Positions 48,436-59,169 of a stretch of DNA of 64,000 nucleotides are shown here, one piece after another. Within the stretch, counting starts at the first letter, position 1, and each line of letters opens with the position of its first letter. Source of the stretch: Candidatus Latescibacterota bacterium (lineage in GTDB: Bacteria > Latescibacterota > CBDEFO01); NCBI GenBank assembly GCA_965248755.1, contig OZ252149.1:3552001-3616000 (forward strand), given 5' to 3'. The notes below the pieces were generated by a model. The model was given only the letters and a program-made list of their open reading frames with translations, had not been told where the DNA came from and made no database searches. A program made the position numbers and the translations under genes.

Positions 48436-49404
48436 TTATGAGGATAGAAAGACCCGGTGCCCCTCCTGGGCGGAGGCTTCCGCGGCCAGGCTGATGCGGA
48501 TGGCCTCCAGCGCTTGATGCATATCCTGGCGCCAGAGCGGCTCACCTCCCCTGATCTCCTCCAGGAACTGGGCTTCGAGGGAACGTCCATCTTCACGGGA
48601 GACCTGAAGTTCCTGCACACCCTCAGGAGTAGACCGAGACCAGCGCCCATCGCGACGGATCAGGGTGCCGCCTGTCAGCACAAGCCTCTGAAACTCTTCT
48701 GCCTCCTGGATCGCAATGCCGCCGGCCCACGTCCAGTGGCCCGATCCTCCCTGCGCGAATCCTACGGTCGCGGTATTGACAAACCGCTCGTAGCGCCCTG
48801 CTTGGTTCAATCCCACGTATTCCGCGTGGCCCTCCACCCATGCTGCCGGCCCGAAGAGGTCCACCAGCGGATAGATGTGGTAGATGAAAAAGAGCACAGG
48901 CGGTCCCGAAACGTTCAGATTGAACAGCGTGTCCGATCCTCGACCCGGCGTCAGCCGCACAAAGACCGCCGTCAGCAGGTCTCCCAGGGAGTTGACCTCC
49001 TCTTTGAGACTCTGGTGTACCGCCGAGAGGGTCTCGTCGTGCGCTACCCGCAGGACACATCCGGAGGTTCGGGCCAGATCCACCAGCCGTTCCCCTTCGT
49101 CCAGATGACGGGCGAGCGGGTACTCCAGCAACACGTGCTTTCCGGCTTCGAGCGCCGCAAGCGCCATAGGACCGTGGCTCTCGTTGTGGGTGCAGATGAG
49201 TACGGCGTCCACATCCTCCCGCGCTACGAGATCCCGCCAGTCGGTGAGCAGCCCTAGACCGTAGCGTTCGGCCAGCGGGGGTCCTGTCTCCGGGTTGCGG
49301 GCGGCAAGTGCCACCATCTCACATCCATCCAGGCGGGAAAATGCGCCCATCCTGCTGGTTGCCATCCCGCCGGAACCCACTATCCCGATTCGGATCCTTT
49401 CCAT
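48436..49404 (-). CDS. Gfo/Idh/MocA oxidoreductase (biliverdin-reductase-like EYP motif)
   Basis: IGIVGSGG, GKHVLLEYPLA. Confidence 0.88.
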   Translation of the reverse strand: MERIRIGIVGSGGMATSRMGAFSRLDGCEMVALAARNPETGPPLAERYGLGLLTDWRDLVAREDVDAVLICTHNESHGPMALAALEAGKHVLLEYPLARHLDEGERLVDLARTSGCVLRVAHDETLSAVHQSLKEEVNSLGDLLTAVFVRLTPGRGSDTLFNLNVSGPPVLFFIYHIYPLVDLFGPAAWVEGHAEYVGLNQAGRYERFVNTATVGFAQGGSGHWTWAGGIAIQEAEEFQRLVLTGGTLIRRDGRWSRSTPEGVQELQVSREDGRSLEAQFLEEIRGGEPLWRQDMHQALEAIRISLAAEASAQEGHRVFLSS

Positions 49405-49494
49405 AGATCTAGCCTCCTACTGATTTGAGCCAGAATCCATCACGCACCAAAGAGAAAGACTGCCAAGTCGGTTATCTGTCCTCTGGCAAGGATC

Positions 49495-52101
49495 CTACCT
49501 TATCAAGACCAGCTTCCTTGCCTGCACAAAACCATCCGCCTCCATCCGATACAGGTACACTCCGCTGGCAAGGCTCTCTCCATTGTCATCTTCAGTGTTC
49601 CAAACCACGGAGTGACTTCCTGCATCCATCTCCTTATCCACCAAGGTGGCCACCTTCTGCCCCATCATATTGAACACAGATATGTTGACGTTGCTCCGGA
49701 TCGGTAGATCGTAATGGACAACAGTCTCAGGGTTGAACGGATTAGGATAGTTCTGAGAGAGGGAGTGAGTCTCTGGTATGACAGCCAACGACAGCTCTGT
49801 CCGCTCGGTCACCGCCGGTATTAACCCTTCGTTGAGCTGGACATCGGTAACACTTATGAGGTCATCGCCCAGCTTGTCACCCACACCAGGTAAGATCTCA
49901 AACTCGATATAGGCTATGTCTCCACCGCCTTCTACTGGATCAACAGAGGCGAAGGCTATCCTAACCTTATCGTCCTGGATGTTACTCTGGAACATAAATG
50001 ACGATAGTAAATCCGAAGGAGACGCGCTCATCGCCCTCAACTTTGATGCGTCATAGCTTATAGATATATCCGCTCCGAGAACTCCTGACATATCGTCTAT
50101 GGAAATAGGAACACTTATGCCTTTTTCGGGTGCTTCAAAGCTATTGGGGACACTGACTACGCGCGGTGCGACATCTGCGATCTTCGCAAGACCATCGTGT
50201 CCGAGGAATGGGAGTCCTGGGATCAACTTTAGCAAGAACCGAAGAATGCGAGAAGCATCAAAGGATGTCACTTCTCCGTTACGAGTCACGTCACTGACCG
50301 CAAGGAATAGTTCTACATCCCCTCCGAAGAATTCGCCTATTATGTCCCTAATCTGGATTGAATGCATCAACACTAAAGCGGCGTCGAAAGCCCTAATCTC
50401 ACCGTTTCGGCTAACGTCTCCTACAAGTTCTACTGTGATACCACCGTCAAACTTAATCACAGGTGGAGCACCCTCGTTTATAATCACCTGATCTACGAAT
50501 ACATTGATCCTTTGACCAAATGAGATCTGAGGGTTCACTTGAAACACCGCAGATGCCAGGATACCTTTGGCAGTGTCAAAAAGAGGAAACGGAGAAGCAA
50601 AAACTATTATGACTTCGCCAGGTTCAGGGGAGCTAAAGCCAAAACCATCAGACAGAAAACTATGCGCAGTGTTCGGGAATGCTCGCAAGAACTGTAAAAT
50701 GGCGGGATTGAAACGAAGTATAATCTCGCCTGCTACTACATCTTGACCTGTCAGATCGGAGGCAAGAATAGGAACTACAGCCTGCCCTCCGGGAGTTGCA
50801 ATCTCTTCACCGACCCCAACACTGACTGAGATTGCTGTCTCGAACCCAGGAAGGCTATCTATGTGACTTTCTGCGCCAAGGTTATCCGTTGCTGTGATGT
50901 CCACATAGAAAACTCTGGGATGATCACCGGGAGTAACCCACGGCTCGCTTGCCCAGTATCCATCTGCCGGATTTCCGTCATCGTGTAGCCCATCGTCAAA
51001 AAGGGTCAAATGCACAGGGACAAAGGTCGCATCGTTCGGATCCCGCACTACAACATACACTGAGTCTATGCCATCTACATCAGTGACATGAGCGAAGACC
51101 ACTACAGAATACCCGAGTGGGACAAGCGGTCTGGAAACGGATACATCGGCTATACGAGGCTCAACATTAAGAAACTCAAATGCGTTAAATAGCGTGTCTG
51201 CCAAACCGTTAGGATTAATGACTATCAAGCTGACAGTTCCCGCAGGATGAGCAGGAGTTGTGATAGTAATGATGGTATCGGACAGTACGACTACCTCTGT
51301 TGCTGTACTATCGTCGAAAGTAACAGTCGCTCCACTCCGCAAAAAGCTCCCTGCTATTGTCAAAGGTGTACCGCCCAATTCTGTGCCAGAAATAGGGTTA
51401 ATAGATGTGACAACAGGAGGAGGAGGCATAGTAGAGAGATTCAACAATACTGATACATTACCGCTGCGCCAATTAGCCACAGCCAAGTCATTATCTCTAT
51501 CTCCATCTAAATCTGCACTGAATACTGATATGGGGCCATCCCCGGCGGTATAGTCCACCCTATTTGCGAATGTTCCATCTCCGTTGTTCAATAATATTGA
51601 CACAATATTAGGGCTGTTAAGATTAGCCACAGCTAAGTCGTTATCTCCATCTCCATCTAAATCCGCGCTGAATACTGAATAGGGATCAAACGCAACAGCA
51701 TAGTCTACCTTAGCTGCAAATGTACCATTCCCATTATTCATCAACACTGACACATTGTTGCCATCCCTACCAGCCACGGCTCTATTAGCCACAGCTAAGT
51801 CATTGTCCCCATCGTCATCTAAATCCACACTGAATACTGAATAGGGAGCATTCCCAACATAGTCCACTTTAGGTGCAAATGTTGCATCTCCATTATTCAA
51901 CAGTACTGATACATTATAGCTGTCAAAATTAGCCACAACCAAGTCCTTGTCTCCATCTCCATCCAAATCTGCACTGAATACTGATGTAGGATTATCTCCA
52001 ACAGCATAGTCCACCTTGGGTGCGAAAAGACCCTGTGCATAGGCAGGCGCATTCAGAGCGACCAACAGGATCAGAGCTGTATACAAGATTTCACGTCTCA
52101 T
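49495..52101 (-). CDS. Secreted modular protein: FG-GAP repeats, IPT/TIG, cohesin-dockerin-cohesin, FlgD/T9SS-like C-terminus
   Basis: Signal peptide; four DLDGDGDxDLAVAN repeats; GDVSRNGEI..DA / DVTRNGEV..DA duplicate; LSQNYPNPFNPET. Confidence 0.85.
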   Translation of the reverse strand: MRREILYTALILLVALNAPAYAQGLFAPKVDYAVGDNPTSVFSADLDGDGDKDLVVANFDSYNVSVLLNNGDATFAPKVDYVGNAPYSVFSVDLDDDGDNDLAVANRAVAGRDGNNVSVLMNNGNGTFAAKVDYAVAFDPYSVFSADLDGDGDNDLAVANLNSPNIVSILLNNGDGTFANRVDYTAGDGPISVFSADLDGDRDNDLAVANWRSGNVSVLLNLSTMPPPPVVTSINPISGTELGGTPLTIAGSFLRSGATVTFDDSTATEVVVLSDTIITITTPAHPAGTVSLIVINPNGLADTLFNAFEFLNVEPRIADVSVSRPLVPLGYSVVVFAHVTDVDGIDSVYVVVRDPNDATFVPVHLTLFDDGLHDDGNPADGYWASEPWVTPGDHPRVFYVDITATDNLGAESHIDSLPGFETAISVSVGVGEEIATPGGQAVVPILASDLTGQDVVAGEIILRFNPAILQFLRAFPNTAHSFLSDGFGFSSPEPGEVIIVFASPFPLFDTAKGILASAVFQVNPQISFGQRINVFVDQVIINEGAPPVIKFDGGITVELVGDVSRNGEIRAFDAALVLMHSIQIRDIIGEFFGGDVELFLAVSDVTRNGEVTSFDASRILRFLLKLIPGLPFLGHDGLAKIADVAPRVVSVPNSFEAPEKGISVPISIDDMSGVLGADISISYDASKLRAMSASPSDLLSSFMFQSNIQDDKVRIAFASVDPVEGGGDIAYIEFEILPGVGDKLGDDLISVTDVQLNEGLIPAVTERTELSLAVIPETHSLSQNYPNPFNPETVVHYDLPIRSNVNISVFNMMGQKVATLVDKEMDAGSHSVVWNTEDDNGESLASGVYLYRMEADGFVQARKLVLIR

Positions 52102-52553
52102 TATCAGGTCTCCCTTTCTATACCAACCAGATGTTGTTGTGGGGGCTCCGTCATCACGACCAGAGTAAGAATAAGACCCAGTTGTGACATCTGCAGTCAC
52201 AGTGCTCCACGACTCTGCCCTCTATTCTTTGTATGTCCGTAATGTAGAGTTTACGGACATACTTAAGCTCTCATCTCCGGCGAGGGATTGAAAAAATACT
52301 TGAGGCTCTCCTCGGACACATACCATTTAGTCCCCAACTTTTGTTCCTTGATCCTACCTTATTTAATGTACTTGCGAAGAGTAATCGGGGTTATGTCGAA
52401 AATCTTAGAGAGCTCTGATATTCAATAGAGCTCCATTCCTCACACCTTGATTGAAATAGCTACTCATCTCCTTTTATCACAAGGCTACAGGCGTTCAGCG
52501 CATCAACACCAACTTCTGGATATGCACCAATCCATTTGTCTCTAACGGTACAA

Positions 52554-53141
52554 CTATCCTGTCCTGCCGAAGTTATCCAGAAAGATCATAAAGTCGGATA
52601 GACCGATCTCTCCATCATTATCCAAGTCAAATGTAGAATCCCAATCGGCTGAACTGGTCGTTGACTCGAATCCTGCGGGAGTAGCGTGCGTGAACTGCAC
52701 ACTGGTAACCACCCCCGTGGTCTTACCTAACTCTTCGGCTCGCTGGACTATGTTTTTCAGCGGTACCCCGGCTGTATCCACGCCGATGGCACCATTATGG
52801 GTCTTGACGTCGGTCGCCATGGCGGTAGCCGCAGCTGCCGAATCGGTGGGTCTTTGAGGGTGATAATCGAACTGACTCCAGGCTTCTTGAGGGTCATAAC
52901 TGCCTCCGCTGGGGTAGGTGCACATGGCAAATTGTACTGGAAAGCGCTCGTACACCTGGACGCCTGTCTGACCATGCTGGTATATGCTCGCAGCATCAAC
53001 GTAATTGTAGCCCCAGCCATCGCAGATCAAGACAATAACGTTTGTGGGAACATTTGGGGCAGAGGCGCAGCCACAAGATCCAGCACAAATTGAGGAAGCA
53101 AAAACTATCGTTTTGAATAGGTTTTTTGCCCAATCTTTCAT
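52554..53141 (-). pseudogene. Internally truncated alkaline phosphatase joined to an EF-hand/dockerin-like tail
   Basis: ICDGWG, TDSAAAATAMAT and HATPAGF are followed directly by FDLDNDGEIGLSDF..FLDNFG. Only 195 aa. Confidence 0.7.
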
Positions 53142-53326
53142 TCCTTCCCTCTTTCATATGAAACGTCCGCGTCTGCTCGATTCAGGTATTATGTGATGGC
53201 AATTCAGGGAATCCATCCTTTTTGTTTATAGTAGCTTATGTGCTCCCTTAAGCTACATATCTCAACTTTGATGAAAGCTACCAACGATGCCAAGATGCAA
53301 GTTTGCTCTGAAGCTCCTAAACCTGA

Positions 53327-54193
53327 TTACTCTCTACTATCCCTGGGCAGCTTGTCTCTCTGGACTATGGGGTAGCTCAAAGGGAGGTACCATATAAACT
53401 CCCTCTGGGTAACGTCTCCCAGGTCCTGGATGACAAGTTTGATGAACTTTGTATCGCTGTCTATGATGGGTTTTCCGTCCTTTGTCTTATTTGGGAAGAA
53501 GACCCTGTAGTCGTCGGTATCGTGGAGTCTATCCGAGCGTGGCCTGTCGAATTTGTACGGATAGGGATCGTCTACCCCGCTGGGGGAATATCTATTCCCC
53601 TTGTCATCCACTAAAAAGGTATTTCTCCCTATCCACCTTATATAGGGGGCTGTTTTAGCAATTCTGTTCTCCAGATGTACTGAAAAGACAAGTCTGCTGT
53701 ACAGGGCGTATCCCCATCTTTCGTCGTAGCGGTTCCTCAGGAAGTTATACTTTACGTCGTATATCTCATCTGTGAGGCGATCCACATAGTGTCTCTTAAA
53801 GTTGAAGAACTTTTGCATATCTATGGGATTCAATATATCCAGTGAGCTGTCCACATACATTAGATATTGATAGTATATGTTATTTATGTCCGTGCCGTCC
53901 GTTTCGGGGTAATCGGCGTTTATGAAGGATTTGATAGTCTGACTTATCTTGCTGTTTATCTCGGATCTCTCCCATTTTTTTCGTTCTGCTTTTCGGCATA
54001 GGCTTGCGATCTCAAAGGCGAAGGTCCTGAAGGTGGCCTGGACGTAGATTCCCCCATCTTCTGACCCTTCTGTCACAATCATAAACGTCCTGTCGTAAAC
54101 GTCCTCCCAGTATCTTTTGAGATTTCTTTGGCATCCGTACAGTATTACTGTTAAAGCTGCAAGTGCGATTTTGAGTAATGTGGAGGCTTTCAT
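53327..54193 (-). CDS. Hypothetical lipoprotein
   Basis: Lipobox-like LYGC after a hydrophobic leader; own TTGACA-N17-TATCTT promoter (54297-54269). Confidence 0.75.
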   Translation of the reverse strand: MKASTLLKIALAALTVILYGCQRNLKRYWEDVYDRTFMIVTEGSEDGGIYVQATFRTFAFEIASLCRKAERKKWERSEINSKISQTIKSFINADYPETDGTDINNIYYQYLMYVDSSLDILNPIDMQKFFNFKRHYVDRLTDEIYDVKYNFLRNRYDERWGYALYSRLVFSVHLENRIAKTAPYIRWIGRNTFLVDDKGNRYSPSGVDDPYPYKFDRPRSDRLHDTDDYRVFFPNKTKDGKPIIDSDTKFIKLVIQDLGDVTQREFIWYLPLSYPIVQRDKLPRDSRE

Positions 54194-54341
54194 GGCAAGA
54201 TCAAAAAAGAGGTGGAGGCTACTTTGTTAGGGGGATGGGAATGACAGAAAATCGGGGTTTTGGGAGTTAAGATACCTCTACCCACTGCGATTGTCAAGCA
54301 AAAAAGCCCCATCAGATGTGACGTGCACTGGGAGATGAAAT

Positions 54342-54368
54342 AAAAAACCCTGCGGAGAGTCCGCAGGG
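54342..54368 (-). terminator. Intrinsic terminator after rplI
   Basis: Minus strand CCCTGCGGA-CTC-TCCGCAGGG-TTTTTT. Confidence 0.8.
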
Positions 54369-54436
54369 CATGACTTCAAGTAAGAGTAGATAGAACATCC
54401 TCTTTCCTCTGTCTACCGTATGCAGCCTACTGTCTA

Positions 54437-54880
54437 CTATTCTTTGACTACCCAGACTTTCAGTTTCCCCTCTATATCGGTGTGCAGCCTTATTGGCACT
54501 GTGTAGACTCCCAAGGCCTTTATGGGCTCGTCCAGCATTATTTTCTTGCGGTCTATGTCGAATCCCTTTTCCTTCAAAAGTTCCGCTATGGTCTGGCTGG
54601 TAACCGATCCGAAGACCCTGTCCTGCTCACCCACAGCTACCATGGCTGTGCAGGAGATCGAATCTAACTCTTTGGCTAAAAGGTCGGCGTTCCTCTTTTC
54701 TTTGCTTAAAGAGAGCTCTCTTTGAGATCTGATCTCTTTGTAAGTCGCCATGTTCGACTTTGTGGCTTCTAGTGCCAGATTTCTGGGGATAAGGTAATTA
54801 CGGGCGTAGCCGTCGGACACGTCTACAAGTTCTCCCGATTCGCCTAACTTATCCACCTCTTCCTTGAGAATAACTTTCAT
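54437..54880 (-). CDS. rplI: 50S ribosomal protein L9
   Basis: MKVIL, GYARNYLIP, FGSVT. Confidence 0.96.
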   Translation of the reverse strand: MKVILKEEVDKLGESGELVDVSDGYARNYLIPRNLALEATKSNMATYKEIRSQRELSLSKEKRNADLLAKELDSISCTAMVAVGEQDRVFGSVTSQTIAELLKEKGFDIDRKKIMLDEPIKALGVYTVPIRLHTDIEGKLKVWVVKE

Positions 54881-54922
54881 TTGATTATCACCTCTGGATG
54901 CTGAAAGCAAAGGCCTAAGCAG

Positions 54923-55150
54923 TTACTCGACGCTATCGACCCCAAACGGGAGCAGCGCCAGGTGCCTTGCCCTTTTTATGGCCAATGCCAACACGCGCTG
55001 ATGTTTGGCGCAGGTGCCCGACGTCCTTCTGGGTATTATCTTGCCCCTGTCTGTAGTGAATCTGGCCAGCTTCTGCATATCTTTATAGTCGATTAATTCA
55101 TCCTTTTTCTCACAGAATCTGCATAGCTTTCTGGCCCTGCTCAGACCCAT
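54923..55150 (-). CDS. rpsR: 30S ribosomal protein S18 (Zn-binding type)
   Basis: [33 protein letters not shown]. Confidence 0.95.
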   Translation of the reverse strand: MGLSRARKLCRFCEKKDELIDYKDMQKLARFTTDRGKIIPRRTSGTCAKHQRVLALAIKRARHLALLPFGVDSVE

Positions 55151-55172
55151 ACCTTTTCCTCTCGAACCCGGT

Positions 55173-55664
55173 CTACCCTCCTTCTTTTCGTCCCTCTTCT
55201 TGAGACTCTTCTTCCGTCTTGGAGTCGGCATCTGTTTTTTCCTCGCTTTCTTGCTGATCGGTCTCACCTGCAGGAACTGTCTCTGCAGACTCTCGTTTTT
55301 CTTCCTTAGTTTCCTCCTGGGTGGAAACTCCTCTTGACGATGTGCGCTTTGGATTCTTCAAGGTGTACTCCATCTTTTTCTTATCCAAAGTTACGGTCAG
55401 GTGCCTCAGCACATCAGGATCCAGGCGGAGCTGGGTATCTAAATCGCTAATAAGTGTCCCCTCTGCCTTATAGAGGACGTACGCATATACGCCCTGTCCC
55501 TTCTTTTTGACCCGGTATGCCAGTCTTTTTGTACCCCAGTTTTCCTGTCTGATTATCTCGGCCTTGTTCGACTTCAGGAAGTCTTCAAACTTTTTGATCT
55601 TCTGCTCCACTTGAGCGCTTTCTAACTCTGCGTTGATGATAAACGTGGTTTCGTAATTGTTCAC
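55173..55664 (-). CDS. rpsF: 30S ribosomal protein S6 with a long acidic tail
   Basis: [22 protein letters not shown]. Confidence 0.94.
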   Translation of the reverse strand: MNNYETTFIINAELESAQVEQKIKKFEDFLKSNKAEIIRQENWGTKRLAYRVKKKGQGVYAYVLYKAEGTLISDLDTQLRLDPDVLRHLTVTLDKKKMEYTLKNPKRTSSRGVSTQEETKEEKRESAETVPAGETDQQESEEKTDADSKTEEESQEEGRKEGG

Positions 55665-55670
55665 TATTTA

Positions 55671-55717
55671 TCCTCCTGTGGACGTTGGGCTCTGCGTATG
55701 CTTCAGAGCCAGGGGAA
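55671..55717 (-). promoter_or_regulatory. Probable S6:S18-binding leader
   Basis: CCCCTG-GCTCTG..CAGAGC-CCAACGTCCA-CAGGAGG: a hairpin sequestering the SD with a C-rich internal loop. Confidence 0.5.
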
Positions 55718-55870
55718 ATGAGTTTTGTAGACAGTAGACGGCAAGGGCAGACACACGGGTCTACCCCTACAACAGATGAGTGTAGGGGCTGGATTACCCC
55801 AGCGCTGGGAGCGAGAGATCCCCGATAGAGTCATTCGGGGACAGGCCTCGCCTCTACGTCTGTATTCTAT

Positions 55871-57838
55871 CTACTTGATAAAGAGCGGCGCCAACACCAG
55901 CGACACCACCGACATAAGCTTGATTAGGATATTCATCGAGGGGCCTGAGGTATCTTTGAATGGGTCTCCGACAGTATCGCCGACTACAGCGGCTTTGTGC
56001 GCCTCTGATCCTTTACCCCCTAAATTTCCAGCTTCGATGTATTTTTTTGCGTTGTCCCATGCGCCTCCTCCGTTTGCCATCATAAGCGCTAAAAGGACGC
56101 CTGATAATGTAGCACCTGCAAGCATCCCGCCTAAGGACTCAGGACCTAAAAGCCAACCTACGACAACGGGCGAAAGCACGGCGATTATTCCCGGCACTAT
56201 CATCTCCCTTAGAGCGGCGGTGGTGCTTATCGCCACACATCTTGCCGAGTCGGGTTTGGCGCTCCCCTCCATAAGTCCGGGGATCTCTCGAAACTGTCTC
56301 CTGATCTCCTTGACCATCAAATCGGCCGCCTTGCCCACAGAGGTCATTGTCAGTGCAGCGATCAGAAAGGGAATGGTGCCCCCGATAAAAAGGCCGATCA
56401 CCACATCTGCGTCGGCTATGTTGATCTGTGTCAGATCCACCGCTTTGGTATAGGCGGAAAAGAGCGCAAGCGCAGTCAGCGCTGCAGATCCTATCGCAAA
56501 GCCCTTTCCCATTGCGGCTGTGGTGTTCCCTAAAGAGTCGAGACTGTCGGTGATCTTCCTCGTATCCTCTCCCAGACCTGCCTGTTCGGTTATGCCCCCG
56601 GCGTTGTCAGCTATCGGCCCGTAAGCGTCCACAGACATAGTTATCCCCACGGTAGAGAGCATCCCCACAGCAGATATCCCTATCCCGTAGAGACCTGCAT
56701 ACGTGTAGGCCACGTATATCGCCGCGCAGAGAGTCAGTACCGGGAGCACGGTGCTTTCCATAGCCACCGCAAGTCCAGTTATCATATTGGTTGCAGCTCC
56801 GCTTTCGGAAGATTCGGCGATCCTTATTATGGGTTTCCCAGATGTATAGTACTCCGTAAACCATCCTATCAGGACTCCCGCAAGACATCCGGAAAGGAGA
56901 GCCCAATAGACGGTTATATCGAGGGCGTCTATTCTCTTTATTACGTAATAGGCGGCTATCAAAAGCAAAACGGCACTTGTATAAGTTGAATATCTTAAGA
57001 CCGAGGCGGGATTTAACTTGTCAAAGACCTTTATAGATAGTATCCCGATGCCAGATGCCACAAGGCCGATCATAATCACGATTATAGGCAACGACATATG
57101 CTCAAGCCCTGGGCTCATCGTCGCCCCTATGACGATAGTGGCGATTACTGACCCCACGTAAGATTCGAATATGTCGGCTCCCATTCCGGCGGTATCTCCC
57201 ACACAGTCGCCCACATTGTCGGCTATGACTCCGGGGTTTCTGGGATCGTCCTCTGGGATTCCGGCTTCCAGCTTTCCTACCAGGTCTGCACCTATATCCG
57301 CACTTTTAGTGTATATCCCTCCACCGACCCTTGCAAAGAGGGCAATCGAGCTTGCGCCCATAGCAAAGCCTGTGATAACCGATGGGTCCGTGTCCTTAAA
57401 TAGCATAAAGAAGATGCCTATCCCAATAAGCCCCAGGCTTGCCACCGAAAGTCCCATAACAGATCCGCCCGCAAACGCCACAAGGAGCGCCTTGGACTCC
57501 CCTTCTTGATTTGCCGCCTGGGTGGTCCTTACGTTTGCTCTTGTGGCGGCCTTCATCCCGAAGAACCCGGCTAAAATCGAACAGAGTGCCCCGCATACAA
57601 AGGCTATCGCTGTGAAGTCATTTATAAACTTAAAGAGAAGCGCAAATACAACAACTATGAATATAGATAGGATCTGATACTCCTTTTTTAGAAACACCAT
57701 AGCGCCTTTGTGGATCAAGTCTGAAATCTCCACCATTAGGTCTGTGCCCGACGGCTGTCTTTTAATGTACCAATAGATCAAACCAGCTAATATTAACCCC
57801 GCAACACCTAATATCGGAGCCCAGTCGGTGGTTGCCAT
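55871..57838 (-). CDS. hppA: Membrane-bound Na+/H+-translocating pyrophosphatase, K+-dependent type
   Basis: [45 protein letters not shown]. Confidence 0.95.
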   Translation of the reverse strand: MATTDWAPILGVAGLILAGLIYWYIKRQPSGTDLMVEISDLIHKGAMVFLKKEYQILSIFIVVVFALLFKFINDFTAIAFVCGALCSILAGFFGMKAATRANVRTTQAANQEGESKALLVAFAGGSVMGLSVASLGLIGIGIFFMLFKDTDPSVITGFAMGASSIALFARVGGGIYTKSADIGADLVGKLEAGIPEDDPRNPGVIADNVGDCVGDTAGMGADIFESYVGSVIATIVIGATMSPGLEHMSLPIIVIMIGLVASGIGILSIKVFDKLNPASVLRYSTYTSAVLLLIAAYYVIKRIDALDITVYWALLSGCLAGVLIGWFTEYYTSGKPIIRIAESSESGAATNMITGLAVAMESTVLPVLTLCAAIYVAYTYAGLYGIGISAVGMLSTVGITMSVDAYGPIADNAGGITEQAGLGEDTRKITDSLDSLGNTTAAMGKGFAIGSAALTALALFSAYTKAVDLTQINIADADVVIGLFIGGTIPFLIAALTMTSVGKAADLMVKEIRRQFREIPGLMEGSAKPDSARCVAISTTAALREMIVPGIIAVLSPVVVGWLLGPESLGGMLAGATLSGVLLALMMANGGGAWDNAKKYIEAGNLGGKGSEAHKAAVVGDTVGDPFKDTSGPSMNILIKLMSVVSLVLAPLFIK

Positions 57839-57856
57839 TTTCCCTCCACTCTACAA

Positions 57857-57913
57857 GTAGACAGAGCGTACGGCCCCTGTATAATTAGGGGCCGTACGCT
57901 GCATCTGTCTACT
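57857..57913. repeat. REPIN-like double palindrome
   Basis: AGTAGACAG [AGCGTACGGCCCCT-N8-AGGGGCCGTACGCT] CTGTCTACT. Confidence 0.8.
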
Positions 57914-58472
57914 AACCGTTAAACCTGCTTATGGCTTCTTCGATGCCGCATTTGATGAAGCATTTTACAGCTTCTGCGGACCTTCTTATCATATCTTCTA
58001 CTATGTCGGCTTCGTCGTCACCGAAATCACTCAAGACGTATTCGGCTGTGTCCATACCTTCGGGCGAAGCGCCTATGCCCAACCTGAGGCGCGGGAAATC
58101 GTGCGATTGCAGCTTTTTGATCACAGAGGAGAGCCCTCTGTGTCCTCCGTCGCTGCCTTTTGCCCGAAGTCTTATCTTGCCCAAGGGGAGATTAAGGTCG
58201 TCGAGGATTACTAAAAGGCGGTCTAATTCGAGGTCCAAATCCCACACTAACTCTTTTACGACGACTCCCCCTCTGTTCATTAAGGTGAGAGGTTTGACAA
58301 GAATAAAAGAGAAACTTTCTAACTTTCCCCGTGCTATCAAAAACTCCCCTCTGCCAGTTCTCCAGTGGCCCTTGAGATTCTCTGACAGCAGGTCTACTAC
58401 TTTAAATCCCAAATTGTGGCGGTTATTTTCGTACTCCTTACCCGGGTTGCCCATCCCGACGACCACGTGCAA
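57912..58472 (-). CDS. pth: Peptidyl-tRNA hydrolase
   Basis: VGMGNPG, RHNLGF, GSDGGHRGL, RLRLGIG. Confidence 0.95.
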   Translation of the reverse strand: MHVVVGMGNPGKEYENNRHNLGFKVVDLLSENLKGHWRTGRGEFLIARGKLESFSFILVKPLTLMNRGGVVVKELVWDLDLELDRLLVILDDLNLPLGKIRLRAKGSDGGHRGLSSVIKKLQSHDFPRLRLGIGASPEGMDTAEYVLSDFGDDEADIVEDMIRRSAEAVKCFIKCGIEEAISRFNG

Positions 58473-58473
58473 T

Positions 58474-59142
58474 CTAACCTTCCTCCTCGGATTGCTCTTC
58501 TTCCTCCTCGCGGGGTCCTCTTCCGACTAATTCGGGTTCTTCTAATATCTCCTCCGCTTCGACCTCTTCTTCTTCTACCTTAATGACGGTCGGCGGGAGC
58601 ACTGAAACTACCGTCGTATCGGAATCGGTAGTTATACGTTCGTCTTTCTGGAGCAGATCCTCAACATGGATGGAGTCGCCTATGCTAAGATGGGACACAT
58701 CTATTTCTATGTGATCGGGAATTTCCGTTGGGAGGCAACTCAAGGTCAGTTCGTGGACAAGGTGCTGGAGGACACCACCTTCATTTGTTACGCCCTCAGG
58801 CTCACCCACAGTATGGACGGGAATCTGGACTTCAAGCTCCTCTGTTAATGAGACGTGCATAAGGTCCAAATGTAGGAGATCACCGGTTATGGGATTACGC
58901 TGAGTCTCTTTAATTATGGTGGGGATGGACGACCTTTTTCGGCCGACAATCAGATTTATTACAGATGTTCTACCTCCCGAATGTAGAAGAGTTTCAAGCT
59001 CTTTTACGTCAACAGAAAAGGGGACAGATTCTTCCGCCCGCCCGTAGTAGATTCCCGGCACGTTCCCATCTTTTCTTAATTTCTTGGCTAGCTGTTTTCC
59101 GGACCGATCTCTTTTTTCCACTTTTAAAGCAATATCTGACAT
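58474..59142 (-). CDS. rplY: 50S ribosomal protein L25/Ctc
   Basis: VPGIYYG, LHLDL, GGVLQH, IGDSIHV, acidic tail. Confidence 0.94.
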   Translation of the reverse strand: MSDIALKVEKRDRSGKQLAKKLRKDGNVPGIYYGRAEESVPFSVDVKELETLLHSGGRTSVINLIVGRKRSSIPTIIKETQRNPITGDLLHLDLMHVSLTEELEVQIPVHTVGEPEGVTNEGGVLQHLVHELTLSCLPTEIPDHIEIDVSHLSIGDSIHVEDLLQKDERITTDSDTTVVSVLPPTVIKVEEEEVEAEEILEEPELVGRGPREEEEEQSEEEG

Positions 59143-59169
59143 ATCCTCTCCTCTCCCATCTCCAGCTGT

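Noticed and set aside
27860..53300. Integrase-defined genomic island at tRNA-Met
   Set aside because: No integrase gene and no duplicated tRNA 3' end were found by eye; treated only as an accessory region.
55173..55267. Extended overlapping N-terminus of rpsR
   Set aside because: It is an alternative frame of the rpsF tail; an ATG at 55150 with an upstream AGAGG gives a normal-length S18.
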